From the NCBI RefSeq assembly GCF_000260965.1, contig NC_017856.1, positions 2,430,001 to 2,462,000 of the forward strand: a DNA stretch of 32,000 bases. The letters run 5' to 3'. Position numbers and translations under genes: made by a program. Origin of the DNA: Methylophaga frappieri (GTDB taxonomy: Bacteria > Pseudomonadota > Gammaproteobacteria > Nitrosococcales > Methylophagaceae). The notes beneath the pieces were generated by a model. The model was not told the DNA's origin, did not search any database, and saw nothing but the letters and a program-made list of their open reading frames with translations. Positions 17,489-26,995 of this stretch are shown here, piece after piece. Each line of letters opens with the position of its first letter. Position 1 is the stretch's first letter.

Positions 17489-19018
17489 TTATTGCATTAC
17501 GGTTTTTACTGGAATGCCGGCAATGCGCTGTTGCCATTGCACGGGGCCAGTCTCATGGACAGATTGCCCCAGGCTGTCAACCGCCACTGTCACGGGCATG
17601 TTTTCAACATAAAATTCACGAACCGCTTCCATGCCCAACTCTTCGAAAGCAACTAAACGAGAGGATTTAATTGCCTTTGAAACTAAATAGGCTGCGCCGC
17701 CGACAGCAATTAAATAAACAGATTGATATTTTTTGATGAGATCAACCGTTTTCTCACCACGCTCTGCCTTGCCAATCATGCCCAACAAGCCGGTTTTCGC
17801 CAACATGGTTTCAGTAAACTTATCCATCCGTGTCGCCGTGGTCGGACCAGCTGGACCGACAATTTCTCCTTTGACCGGATCAACGGGGCCAACGTAATAG
17901 ATAAACCGATCCTTAAAATCGAGGCCAGCGGGTAGTGGTTGCCCATTTGCAATCAAGTCAGCAATTTTTTTATGTGCCGCATCGCGCCCCGTCAATAAGT
18001 GACCCGAAAGCAACAAGGTATCGCCAGGCTGCCATTGATGCATGTCTTCAGCCGTCAGCGTATCCAAATTGACATGGCGTGTATTTTCCGCGGCTTCCCA
18101 AGTGATGTCGGGCCAATCTGATAATGACGGCGGGATAAACTCGGCTGGCCCATTGCCATCCAAGTGAAAATGCACATGCCGTGTTGCGGCACAATTCGGA
18201 ATCATGGCGACAGGCAAAGATGCGGCATGCGTAGGATAATCATTGATTTTGACATCCAATACGGTTGTCATGCCACCCAAACCCTGTGCACCAATACCTA
18301 GTTGATTTACCTTTTCATAGAGTTCGACGCGAAGTTTTTCGATTGCTGTTACCGGGCCATGGGTAATGAGATCCTGAATATTGATTTCTTCCATCAGGCT
18401 TTGTTTGGCCATCAGCATGGCTTTTTCGGCTGTGCCACCGATACCAATCCCTAACATGCCCGGTGGACACCAGCCAGCGCCCATTTTAGGGACGGTTTTT
18501 AATACCCAATCAACTAAGTCATCACTTGGATTCAGTATAGTAAAAACTGCTTTATTTTCGCTGCCGCCACCCTTGGCAGCGATATCGATAGAAACCTGAT
18601 CGCCAGCAACCAGTTCAACATGCACAACAGCGGGGGTGTTGTCGCCAGTATTTTTTCGCTTACCGATAGGATCCTTAACAATAGAGGCACGTAGCACATT
18701 GTCAGGATGCTGATAGGCACGGCGGACACCATCGTTGATGATTTCAGTTAAATCTCGATCGGTATCCCAGGTTACCCGCATACCAATCTTAACGAAGACA
18801 TTGACGATACCGGTATCCTGACAAATAGGACGCTGATTTTCAGCGCACATCCGTGAATTAATCAGAATCTGCGCAATCGCATCTTTGGCTGCCGGCGACG
18901 CTTCGCGTTGGTAAGCAGCATACATCGCGTCAATAAAGTCTTTAGGGTGGTAATTGGCGATAAATTGCAACGCGGCAAACACGCTGTCAATGATGTCCTG
19001 TTCACGAATGAGCGTCAT
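17489..19018 (-). CDS. fumA: class I (Fe-S) fumarate hydratase
   Basis: ILINSRMCAENQRPICQDTGIVNVFVKIG and a fused alpha/beta domain length of 509 aa. Confidence 0.93.
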   Translation of the reverse strand: MTLIREQDIIDSVFAALQFIANYHPKDFIDAMYAAYQREASPAAKDAIAQILINSRMCAENQRPICQDTGIVNVFVKIGMRVTWDTDRDLTEIINDGVRRAYQHPDNVLRASIVKDPIGKRKNTGDNTPAVVHVELVAGDQVSIDIAAKGGGSENKAVFTILNPSDDLVDWVLKTVPKMGAGWCPPGMLGIGIGGTAEKAMLMAKQSLMEEINIQDLITHGPVTAIEKLRVELYEKVNQLGIGAQGLGGMTTVLDVKINDYPTHAASLPVAMIPNCAATRHVHFHLDGNGPAEFIPPSLSDWPDITWEAAENTRHVNLDTLTAEDMHQWQPGDTLLLSGHLLTGRDAAHKKIADLIANGQPLPAGLDFKDRFIYYVGPVDPVKGEIVGPAGPTTATRMDKFTETMLAKTGLLGMIGKAERGEKTVDLIKKYQSVYLIAVGGAAYLVSKAIKSSRLVAFEELGMEAVREFYVENMPVTVAVDSLGQSVHETGPVQWQQRIAGIPVKTVMQ

Positions 19019-19023
19019 GAAAA

Positions 19024-20733
19024 TTAACGGAGCTGCCCAGTGAGGGTGGTCACCAGTTCGGCTATCGCAATATCCTGTTTTTCTCCGGTTGCACGTTGTT
19101 TGTATTCGATAACCCCATTATCAAGACCGCGTTCACCTAAAACTAATTGGTGCGGAATACCGATTAACTCCCAATCGGCAAAGGCAACACCCGGCCGTAA
19201 ACCACGATCATCAATCACAACGTCGACACCAGCGTCAACAAGCTCTTGATAGAGCGTTTCTGCTTGGTCGCGAACACGCTGTGATTTATGGGCATTAACC
19301 GGAATCAATACAACTTCGAAAGGGGCGATTGCCTGCGGCCAGATAATACCCTGTTCATCATGATGTTGTTCTATAGCGGCGGCGACAATACGTGACACCC
19401 CAATGCCATAACATCCCATCGTCATAATTTTGGATTGGCCGGTTTCGGTGAGGACAACGGCATTCATTTTTTTGCTGTAATTTTCACCCAGCTGAAAAAT
19501 ATGGCCCACCTCAATACCCCGCGCTATTTCCAATGTGCCTTGACCATCCGGGCTTGGATCGCCGGCAACCACATTGCGAATATCTGCAGAATCAGGCAGA
19601 GGTAAATCTCGCAGCCAGTTAACGCCAGTGAAATGATGGTCATCCATATTTGCGCCACATACAAAATCAGCAAGCTGAGCAGCAGCATGGTCGACAATGA
19701 CGGGTATGTGCAGTCCTACAGGGCCCACAGAGCCAATTTGTGCACCACAGGCAGCATGGACTTGCTCTGGTGTCGCAAAAGTCAGCGGGCTGGCGACCAA
19801 AGGATGTTTCTCTGCTTTGATGGCATTCAGTTCATGATCACCGCGTAAAACTAACGCTACTACGGGATTTTCTTCAGTGCCTTCAACCAACAGGGTTTTA
19901 ACACATTGTTTGGCCGGTACTTGAAGAAAGTCACTGACGGCTTCTATGCTGTGTTTTCCCGGTGTGCTGACGGTTGCCAAATCGGCACTTGGCTCGGCAC
20001 GCACGGCATCAGACTTTATTGCGGTAGCCAGTTCAACATTGGCGGCGTAATCACTGCCGGTACTGAAGGCGATGGCATCTTCGCCAGAACTGGCTAAAAC
20101 ATGAAACTCATGCGAGGCATTACCGCCAATACTGCCGGTATCCGCCTGAACTGGACGGAAGTCGACGCCGATACGATTAAATATGGCGCAATAAGCAGCA
20201 TGCATTTGATCATAAGTTTTTTGCAAACAGGCTTGATCCACATGAAATGAATAGGCATCTTTCATCAAAAACTCGCGGGCACGCATCAAGCCAAACCGGG
20301 GGCGAATTTCATCACGAAATTTGGTTTGAATTTGATAAAAGTTGACAGGCAACTGTTTGTAACTCCGAATTTCTTGGCGCACCAAGTCGGTAATCACTTC
20401 TTCATGCGTCGGACCATAGCAAAAGTCCCGTTGGTGTCGGTCGGTAATACGCAATAATTCCGGGCCATATTTTTCCCATCGCTGGCTTTCTTGCCACAGT
20501 TCAGCGGGTTGCACAGATGGCATTAACACTTCTTGCGCACCGGCCTGATTCATTTCTTCACGAACAATCGCTTCTGCTTTCCGTAATACACGCAAACCAA
20601 GCGGTAACCAGGTGTAGAGTCCCGAAGCGAGGCGACGAATTAGCCCGGCCCGAAGCATCAACTGATGACTGACGATCTCGGCATCAGCCGGTGTCTCTTT
20701 TAAAGTGGCGATTAGCAGCTTGGAAGTACGCAT
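19024..20733 (-). CDS. proS: proline--tRNA ligase
   Basis: [46 protein letters not shown] is a typical bacterial ProRS N-terminus. The editing-domain insertion is present. The ATG at 20733 is preferred over the ORF-track start at 20790. Confidence 0.97.
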   Translation of the reverse strand: MRTSKLLIATLKETPADAEIVSHQLMLRAGLIRRLASGLYTWLPLGLRVLRKAEAIVREEMNQAGAQEVLMPSVQPAELWQESQRWEKYGPELLRITDRHQRDFCYGPTHEEVITDLVRQEIRSYKQLPVNFYQIQTKFRDEIRPRFGLMRAREFLMKDAYSFHVDQACLQKTYDQMHAAYCAIFNRIGVDFRPVQADTGSIGGNASHEFHVLASSGEDAIAFSTGSDYAANVELATAIKSDAVRAEPSADLATVSTPGKHSIEAVSDFLQVPAKQCVKTLLVEGTEENPVVALVLRGDHELNAIKAEKHPLVASPLTFATPEQVHAACGAQIGSVGPVGLHIPVIVDHAAAQLADFVCGANMDDHHFTGVNWLRDLPLPDSADIRNVVAGDPSPDGQGTLEIARGIEVGHIFQLGENYSKKMNAVVLTETGQSKIMTMGCYGIGVSRIVAAAIEQHHDEQGIIWPQAIAPFEVVLIPVNAHKSQRVRDQAETLYQELVDAGVDVVIDDRGLRPGVAFADWELIGIPHQLVLGERGLDNGVIEYKQRATGEKQDIAIAELVTTLTGQLR

Positions 20734-20796
20734 GTAAGACTTTATTTCCTGTTCTATAGTCAAGGTTTGAGTTGGCTTGTCATCAAGCAAACGGGA

Positions 20797-21132
20797 TCAA
20801 AATGTACTGTGATCCCATCCCCAGTTTTGCCGTTCACTGTCGGTCATGCTGATGTAGGTACGGCTGCCGCTGACGCCAATTTGTTGTTCGATAAGGGTGC
20901 ACAGCGCGTCTGAGAATGCTTTGCGATCGGCAGGCAGGCCTAATGAACGATAGTCCAGTATAGCGGCAGGATCCGTACTACCTGCAAATGACATGGCCAC
21001 GTTGTGATTCAGACGAATCATGACATAGCTTTCCGGTTTGCCGGAGGCACTGGCCACCGTTTTGCTGGCGGCTTTCAATAAGGCATTTTCATCGGTAACC
21101 GATTGATTTGTGGTGATGTTGAGATAGGGCAT
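20797..21132 (-). CDS. MIF-family (macrophage migration inhibitory factor-like) tautomerase
   Basis: Pro directly after the initiator Met (MPYLNITTN), a GKPESYVMI block and a C-terminal NWGWDHSTF block parallel the MIF blocks GKPPQYIAV and NVGWNNSTF. 111 aa. Confidence 0.85.
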   Translation of the reverse strand: MPYLNITTNQSVTDENALLKAASKTVASASGKPESYVMIRLNHNVAMSFAGSTDPAAILDYRSLGLPADRKAFSDALCTLIEQQIGVSGSRTYISMTDSERQNWGWDHSTF

Positions 21133-21144
21133 AACGTCTCTCCT

Positions 21145-21600
21145 TTATTGACAGTAGGTATCGACCTGATCTTGATAGTTGGCAATACGTTGTTGACGTT
21201 CTTCTTCGGTCGGTCTTGTTACTTCACCGGCCTCATTAATGAAGCGACGACCAGGATTATTCTGGTAGGCAAGCAGGTTTTCTCGGGCGATCTGACAGTT
21301 TTCGTCACGTAATTGTTGTTCACGCGCTGTGGCTTGCTCGGCCTCGCGCTGTTCGGCCTCTTGTTGCGCTGCTTTCTGTTGGCTTTCGATTAAATTATCG
21401 ATTTCCTGTTGCGCTTTATCCGGTTCCACAGGCGGTGGCGGTGGCGCTTGTATTTGTTCTGCAGGCCGATCTGGGGGGGGCTGTTGGGAATAGTTGATTT
21501 GGCCATTTTCATCCGTCCACTTATAAATCTCCGCCTGCGCCAAAAAGGGCAGGAAACTGATTAAGGCAAAACAAATCCAATGTGGGAGACGTATCCGCAT
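21145..21600 (-). CDS. DUF4124 domain secreted protein with Pro-rich linker and Gln/Glu-rich coiled-coil
   Basis: Signal peptide MRIRLPHWICFALISFLPFLAQA, then the DUF4124 signature IYKWTDENGQINYSQQPP, a PPPPP linker and a QQEAEQREAEQ region. The ATG at 21600 is preferred. Confidence 0.7.
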   Translation of the reverse strand: MRIRLPHWICFALISFLPFLAQAEIYKWTDENGQINYSQQPPPDRPAEQIQAPPPPPVEPDKAQQEIDNLIESQQKAAQQEAEQREAEQATAREQQLRDENCQIARENLLAYQNNPGRRFINEAGEVTRPTEEERQQRIANYQDQVDTYCQ

Positions 21601-21645
21601 AGCCGTATTTCCTGTATAAACCTTAATTCTACGCCAAAGCACGTC

Positions 21646-22470
21646 ATGGTTGAAATGTCAGAACAACATCGCCGCTTTAAATGTCAGCAAAATATTACCC
21701 ACACAGGGCAAACGGTGATTGATTGCTTGGCATCACTTACCGATTTATCGCGACAACAACTCAAACAATGCCTGCAAAAAGGCGCTGTCCGTTTGCGCCA
21801 TGGGCGAAAGGTCCGCCGAGTCCGACGCGCGACGCTGGCGTTACAGCCGGGACAGCAAATTGAACTGCATTATGATTCGGTCATTCTGGCGCAAGCAACG
21901 CCTGCGATTCAGCCAGTAGCTGATAAAGTGCGTTATACCGTCTGGGATAAACCTGCGGGTATCTTGGCCCAAGGCACTGAGTGGGGCGATCATTGCAGTT
22001 TACTAAGGATTGCCGAGTTAGTGACCAAGCGGCCTGTCTTTCTGGTGCATCGATTGGATAAAGAGGCCAGTGGTTTGATGATCATCGCCCATGATCACCA
22101 TGCGGCTGGCCAATTATCGCACCTGTTTCAACAGCGAGAAATGTTTAAGCAATATCGGGCAGTGTTGTCTGGGCAAATGACCGCGAATGAGCAACATTTT
22201 GCTGAACCATTGGACGGGCGGGAGGCGAATACAACAATCCAGCGCTGTCATTACGATGCCGAGTCAAACCAGAGCCATGTTACTGTGACCATTGGTTCAG
22301 GCCGTAAACATCAGATTCGCCGGCATTGCGCCGCTGCGGGTTTACCGCTGATTGGTGATTCGATTTATGGGCAGCCGCACTCAGGTGGACTTCAGCTTCG
22401 TGCGACGGTCTTACACTTTCCGTGTCCATTGACAAAGCAACAGCAGCATTTTGAGCTAAACGATAAATAA
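21646..22470 (+). CDS. RluA-family pseudouridine synthase
   Basis: Catalytic HRLDKEASGLMIIAHD motif and the C-terminal GRKHQIRRHCAAAGLPLIGDSIYG motif. The start is ATG 21646 or 21655; the ORF-track start at 21580 would overlap the divergent gene. Confidence 0.85.
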   Translation: MVEMSEQHRRFKCQQNITHTGQTVIDCLASLTDLSRQQLKQCLQKGAVRLRHGRKVRRVRRATLALQPGQQIELHYDSVILAQATPAIQPVADKVRYTVWDKPAGILAQGTEWGDHCSLLRIAELVTKRPVFLVHRLDKEASGLMIIAHDHHAAGQLSHLFQQREMFKQYRAVLSGQMTANEQHFAEPLDGREANTTIQRCHYDAESNQSHVTVTIGSGRKHQIRRHCAAAGLPLIGDSIYGQPHSGGLQLRATVLHFPCPLTKQQQHFELNDK

Positions 22471-22477
22471 GTGACGG

Positions 22478-23800
22478 TCAGTCAGCACGTGCCTTGGCAA
22501 TAATGCGAGCAATGTAAGCGCTCTGGCTGAGGCCGCGTGCCAGCAAAAAGAGCAATAGCGCCGCCCACAAACCATCATTACCAAAGCCTTTAAGCACCCA
22601 CCATGCCGGCAAATAGACGAAAAGTACGCAAAAGAGCATGGTATTGCGCATTTCTCGGCTGAAAGTGGCGCCAACAAATAAGCCATCCATCAAGTACGAT
22701 AACACCCCGGCGAGTGGCGCCAATGTCACCCAGACCAAGTGTTGTTTCGCCTGTGCTGCGACCAGTTCAATGCTGGTTAGCCAATCAATGATTTGCTTAC
22801 CGGCGAAACCGTATACCAGCGTAAAACTCACCGCCATTAAAGCGGACCAGAAGGCGGTCAGTTTTAATGCTTGCTTAAGATGCGTGACTGAACGATTGCC
22901 GATGGCCTTACCGGTGAGCACTTCGGTGGCATTAGCAAATCCGTCCAGCACAAATGCCATAAAAGTAATGAAATTCAGCAATACGGCATTTGCAGCCAGA
23001 ATCGTATCGCCCTGACGTGCTCCTTGCGTGGTAAAAAAAGCGAAGCAGGAAATCAACAACAGGGTGCGAATCATGAAATTGCCATGCACGATAAGGCTCG
23101 GTCTGAGTACGGGCAAAGATTGCCAACGAACAAGCTGGCGCCAATCTAGAGAATAGCGACGCGGATTTAAAATAATCAATACGCCTACCAATAACCCGAC
23201 ATACTCTGCAATTAAGGACGCCAGTGCCACGCCGGCGACATGCATATTCAAGGCGTACACCAGTATCACATCAAGCAGAATATTAACTGCGTTGATGACC
23301 AGTACCAGCAACAAGGCCTGACGTGTTGACTCACAACCAATCAACCAGCCGATGATCGCATAATTAATCAATGTAGCTGGGGCAGCCCAAATGCGCACAT
23401 CAAAATAGATGCTGGCATAGACCATCACCGCATCTGAGCCGGGTACGAGCCATAGTGCTATTTCACGCAAAGGCCATTGCAGGATTAAAATCACAGCCGC
23501 GATAAGACAGGCCAGCTGACAGGACTGCACCAATACAGTGTTAATCGAAAACTGATCTCGGCGGCCACTGGCCTGCGCCGTTAGCCCCGTCGTCGCCATT
23601 CTGAGAAAACCAAAACTCCAGAACAACAACGTAAAAATCATGCTGCCAATCGCCACCGCGCCAAGATAATGGGCGGCTTCCAGATGCCCGACAACGGCCG
23701 TATCGACCAGACCGAGAACCGGGGTCGATAAATTAGCCAGAATCATTGGACCTGCTATCTGCCAGATTTGTCGATGACCAGAAGGGGGCACAACGTTCAT
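22478..23800 (-). CDS. dinF: MATE family efflux transporter (DinF-like)
   Basis: 440 aa with 12 predicted TM helices. The N-terminal IWQIAGPMILANLSTPVLGLVDTAVVGHL is typical of MATE/DinF. Confidence 0.85.
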   Translation of the reverse strand: MNVVPPSGHRQIWQIAGPMILANLSTPVLGLVDTAVVGHLEAAHYLGAVAIGSMIFTLLFWSFGFLRMATTGLTAQASGRRDQFSINTVLVQSCQLACLIAAVILILQWPLREIALWLVPGSDAVMVYASIYFDVRIWAAPATLINYAIIGWLIGCESTRQALLLVLVINAVNILLDVILVYALNMHVAGVALASLIAEYVGLLVGVLIILNPRRYSLDWRQLVRWQSLPVLRPSLIVHGNFMIRTLLLISCFAFFTTQGARQGDTILAANAVLLNFITFMAFVLDGFANATEVLTGKAIGNRSVTHLKQALKLTAFWSALMAVSFTLVYGFAGKQIIDWLTSIELVAAQAKQHLVWVTLAPLAGVLSYLMDGLFVGATFSREMRNTMLFCVLFVYLPAWWVLKGFGNDGLWAALLLFLLARGLSQSAYIARIIAKARAD

Positions 23801-23827
23801 TAAAAATTCAATCTCTTAGTAAAACGC

Positions 23828-23855
23828 AAAAAAAAGGCCACCGGTGGGGTGGCCT
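23828..23855 (-). terminator. Rho-independent terminator of hppA
   Basis: On the minus strand, the GGCCACC / GGTGGCC 7-bp GC stem (23836-23842 and 23848-23854) with a 5-nt loop is followed by eight U (A-run 23828-23835 on plus). It lies 22 nt past the hppA stop. Confidence 0.85.
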
Positions 23856-23876
23856 GAAATGAAAGCCGAGTTAGTC

Positions 23877-25895
23877 TCAGACCAAAAGTGGGGCAATGAC
23901 CAGACTGACAATCGCCATCACGTTGATCAAAATATTCATAGAGGGGCCTGAGGTATCCTTGAGCGGATCACCAACCGTATCGCCGACGACATTGGCTTTG
24001 TGTACTTCAGAACCTTTTCCGCCTAATTGACCTTGTTCGATATGTTTTTTGGCATTGTCCCAGGCACCACCGGCGTTCGCCATCATTAATGCCATCAGCA
24101 CACAAACGACCAAGGCGCCGCCTAGCATACCGCCTAGTGCAGCAGGACCTAATCCAAAGCCAATCACAATCGGTGCGACGACCGCCAAGGTGCCCGGGAG
24201 GATCATTTTACGAAGCGCCGCCCGTGTTGCAATATCGACGCAGCGAGCGGTATCCGGCTTGCCGGTGCCATCCATCAAACCGGGAATCTCCCTGAACTGA
24301 CGGCGAATTTCGTGAATCATATCAAACGCGGCATCACCAACGGCAGTCATGGTCATGGAGCTGACCAGAAATGGGAAAACGCCGCCGACAAACATCCCGA
24401 CCAGAACGACAGGGTTCGTGATTAAAAGTTGTAAATTGCCGCCACTTTCGGCATTGATGGTTTCAATGTAAGCACTAATAATAGCTAACGCAGCTAATGC
24501 CGCTGCTGAAATAGCAAAGCCTTTGCCAATCGCGGCGGTGGTGTTACCAAGCGCATCCAGTGAGTCCGTAATTTCACGCGTGGAAGCCCCCATTTCAGAC
24601 ATTTCGGCAATCCCGCCGGCATTGTCAGCAACCGGGCCGTAAGCATCAATGGCCATGGTAATACCAACGGTGCCAAGCATGCCGATAGCAGCAATGGCAA
24701 CGCCATAAAGTCCGGCAAAGTAGCTGGCAGAAAAAATAATGGCAGCAATAGTCAAAACGGGAATCGCGACCGATTGCATACCGAGTGCCAAGCCACCAAT
24801 AATGACGGTTGCAGGGCCTGTCTCACCATCTTTTGCCAGTTTTCGGACTGGCGCACCACCTGTGTAATACTCGGTCACCAGGCCAACGATAATGCCACCA
24901 ATTGCGCCAGATAACACAGCAAACCAGAGATTAGCACTGGCACCAAGCAATTGAATCAGCAGATAGGATAAGGCAATAAAAATAACCGATGCGCCTAATG
25001 TGCCATAGCGTAAAGCCGCAGCAGGACTGTTTGCGGAAAAGGCTTTGACAGCGAGGATACCGGCAACGGAGCAAATCAAACCAAGGGAAGCCAGCGCCAA
25101 AGGCATGAACATGAGGGTTTGCTGCGAGCCGCCACCGAGTTGATTGATGGTAACGGCTGTCATGGTGGCGGCTATCGCGATACCGGCAATCATGGCGCCA
25201 CAATAAGACTCGAAAATGTCGGAGCCCATGCCGGCAACATCACCGACGTTATCGCCGACATTATCAGCTATGACGCCCGGATTTCGGGGGTCATCTTCAG
25301 GGATTCCTGCTTCTACTTTACCGACCAGATCGGCCCCAACATCGGCACTTTTGGTAAAAATACCGCCGCCAACACGAGAGAATAACGCGACTGAGGACGC
25401 GCCCATACCAAAGCCATGAATAGTGTGGGCGGTATGCGGGTCACCGCCAAAGATGAGATATAAAATCCCCAGTCCTAACAGGCCCATAGAGGCAACCGTC
25501 AGGCCCATAATGGAACCACCAAAAAATGCGATGGTCAGGGCTTGAGGTGCACCTTCATCGCGGGCTGCAATGGCGGTTCTGACATTGGCTTTGGTTGCGG
25601 CAAACATGCCGATAAAACCAGCACTTGCAGACGCGATTGCACCAACAAAAAAGGCCAGCGCGGTATGCCAGCCTAAATCAGAAAGCCCAAGAGCGATGAT
25701 GCATACAAGACAAAAGATAGCCAATCTCAGATATTCAGCTCGCATGAATACCATGGCGCCAAGATGTATCTGGTCACCAATTTCTACCACCCTTCCTGAG
25801 CCGGCAGAGGCAGATTTGACCTTGTTATAAATCAATAATGCACAGATAAGTCCTGCGACGCCCAGTAAAACCGGGACCAGATTAATTGACCACAT
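23877..25895 (-). CDS. hppA: membrane-bound ion-translocating inorganic pyrophosphatase, K+-dependent-type signature
   Basis: [20 protein letters not shown] and [13 protein letters not shown] motifs. 672 aa and roughly 16 TM helices. AAGGAG RBS 7 nt before the ATG at 25895. Confidence 0.96.
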   Translation of the reverse strand: MWSINLVPVLLGVAGLICALLIYNKVKSASAGSGRVVEIGDQIHLGAMVFMRAEYLRLAIFCLVCIIALGLSDLGWHTALAFFVGAIASASAGFIGMFAATKANVRTAIAARDEGAPQALTIAFFGGSIMGLTVASMGLLGLGILYLIFGGDPHTAHTIHGFGMGASSVALFSRVGGGIFTKSADVGADLVGKVEAGIPEDDPRNPGVIADNVGDNVGDVAGMGSDIFESYCGAMIAGIAIAATMTAVTINQLGGGSQQTLMFMPLALASLGLICSVAGILAVKAFSANSPAAALRYGTLGASVIFIALSYLLIQLLGASANLWFAVLSGAIGGIIVGLVTEYYTGGAPVRKLAKDGETGPATVIIGGLALGMQSVAIPVLTIAAIIFSASYFAGLYGVAIAAIGMLGTVGITMAIDAYGPVADNAGGIAEMSEMGASTREITDSLDALGNTTAAIGKGFAISAAALAALAIISAYIETINAESGGNLQLLITNPVVLVGMFVGGVFPFLVSSMTMTAVGDAAFDMIHEIRRQFREIPGLMDGTGKPDTARCVDIATRAALRKMILPGTLAVVAPIVIGFGLGPAALGGMLGGALVVCVLMALMMANAGGAWDNAKKHIEQGQLGGKGSEVHKANVVGDTVGDPLKDTSGPSMNILINVMAIVSLVIAPLLV

Positions 25896-26321
25896 TGGCA
25901 GACTCCTTTGTCTTCTAATAGAACGATAATTACAACGACGTACTCCTGAAACAGAAAATTGACGATAAAGGCTTGTTTATACGCCCCCATTAATTCGCTT
26001 GTAAAGTGAGCGGGGATAATTCGCTGGTAGCAGGTTGATGGCATTGATTGACGATTTTTTGTGGTCGTTGGGGGCGTCATGCGACAGAGGATGATTGGAG
26101 TTATGCTCTGATTAGGTGCGGGCTTACGTTGGTTGTATGTACCGGATAAGGTAGGGCTGATCGGTTAATCGGTTCTGTGCCGAGTTATCATGCCACCGAG
26201 CTAAAACGGTAGCAGAAAAAGTTGCTTAACAGCCAGTGCGGTAGCGTTTTCATTGGCGCATTGCCTAAATAATAATTTAAATTGGGCTAGCGGTTTTAGT
26301 GTGTCATAAAACAGGTTTCAG

Positions 26322-26350
26322 TTTATCCAGTTTGCGTTTTCTTTTATAAT
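26322..26350 (+). promoter_or_regulatory. candidate sigma70 promoter of ppa
   Basis: Perfect TATAAT at 26345-26350, 38 nt before ATG 26389. The -35 is weak (TTTATC, 17-nt spacer). The TGATAGGTTTATCA palindrome lies immediately downstream. This is a motif-level call only. Confidence 0.4.
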
Positions 26351-26388
26351 GATAGGTTTATCATCACGCTTCTGGGAGCACACACAAC

Positions 26389-26928
26389 ATGAATCTTGAC
26401 CGCGTCAGTTCCGGTAAAAATGTCCCTGACGATATTAACGTTATCATCGAAATTCCTTCGCATTCAGATCCGGTAAAGTACGAGGTCGATAAAGAGACGG
26501 GTGCGTTGTTTGTGGATCGTTTTATGAACACCGCCATGTTTTATCCATGCAATTACGGTTATGTGCCGCATACACTATCGGATGACGGCGATCCGGTAGA
26601 CGTGCTCGTTATCAGTCCTTATGCCCTGATTAGTGGTTCAGTCGTGCAGTGTCGCCCGGTTGGCATGCTGAAAATGACGGATGAGTCAGGTGAAGATGCC
26701 AAAGTACTTGCTGTACCACACGATAAAATGTACGACGATATTAAAGATATCAGTGATGTTTCGGAACGATTGTTGTCACAGTTGGCCCATTTCTTTGAGC
26801 ATTACAAAGATCTGGAAAAAAACAAATGGGTCAAAATTGATGGTTGGGAGAACAAGGCAGCGGCGCATCAGGAAATCATGGATAGCGTGGCTCGTTTCAA
26901 GGCGGCGCCAGTCAAACCACAGTTTTGA
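26389..26928 (+). CDS. ppa: soluble family I inorganic pyrophosphatase
   Basis: Near-identical blocks to E. coli PPase: [45 protein letters not shown] and [15 protein letters not shown]. Confidence 0.97.
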   Translation: MNLDRVSSGKNVPDDINVIIEIPSHSDPVKYEVDKETGALFVDRFMNTAMFYPCNYGYVPHTLSDDGDPVDVLVISPYALISGSVVQCRPVGMLKMTDESGEDAKVLAVPHDKMYDDIKDISDVSERLLSQLAHFFEHYKDLEKNKWVKIDGWENKAAAHQEIMDSVARFKAAPVKPQF

Positions 26929-26947
26929 TGCAGCGTTAATCTCAAAT

Positions 26948-26984
26948 AACGGCGGGTTTTAGCAGACTCGCCGTTTTTGTTTTG
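26948..26984 (+). terminator. candidate Rho-independent terminator of ppa
   Basis: AACGGCG (26948-26954) pairs with CGCCGTT (26969-26975) and is followed by TTTTGTTTT. The 14-nt loop is rather large. Confidence 0.55.
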
Positions 26985-26995
26985 AGGCAGAAAAA

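Noticed and set aside
17178-17612. 144-aa plus-strand ORF spanning the CopD-like gene and the fumA 3' end in antisense.
   Set aside because: It crosses two well-supported minus-strand genes and their 12-nt spacer, and its product is Pro/Ser/Met/Cys-rich with no domain. It is a shadow ORF.
24049-25830. Several 67-88 aa plus-strand ORFs inside hppA (24049-24300, 24089-24295, 25119-25385, 25216-25419, 25570-25830), plus minus-strand off-frame ORFs (24494-24748, 24931-25203).
   Set aside because: They lie entirely within a strongly supported 672-aa gene. Their products are low-complexity and Pro/Ala/Arg/Ser-rich, as expected from reading a Gly/Ala/Val-rich membrane gene off-frame. They have no RBS and no recognisable motif.
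25981-26077. Short repeats in the spacer: the 9-bp direct repeat TAATTCGCT (25991-25999 and 26017-26025), the 8-bp inverted pair ACGCCCCC/GGGGGCGT (25981-25988 and 26070-26077), and the tandem ATCGGTT x2 (26160-26174).
   Set aside because: A rough expectation for 8-9-mers recurring within about 500 bp is close to one chance occurrence. They are not evidence on their own, and are only noted as places to look if a TSS or operator is mapped.
25832-26080. 82-aa minus-strand ORF spanning the hppA start and part of the long spacer.
   Set aside because: It overlaps the hppA start and RBS in another frame and has no SD or recognisable domain. hppA has its own good AAGGAG-N7-ATG.
26199-26264. 21-codon minus-strand ORF (MKTLPHWLLSNFFCYRFSSVA) in the hppA-ppa spacer.
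   Set aside because: It has no RBS and is of a size expected by chance. It cannot be supported without conservation or ribosome-profiling data.
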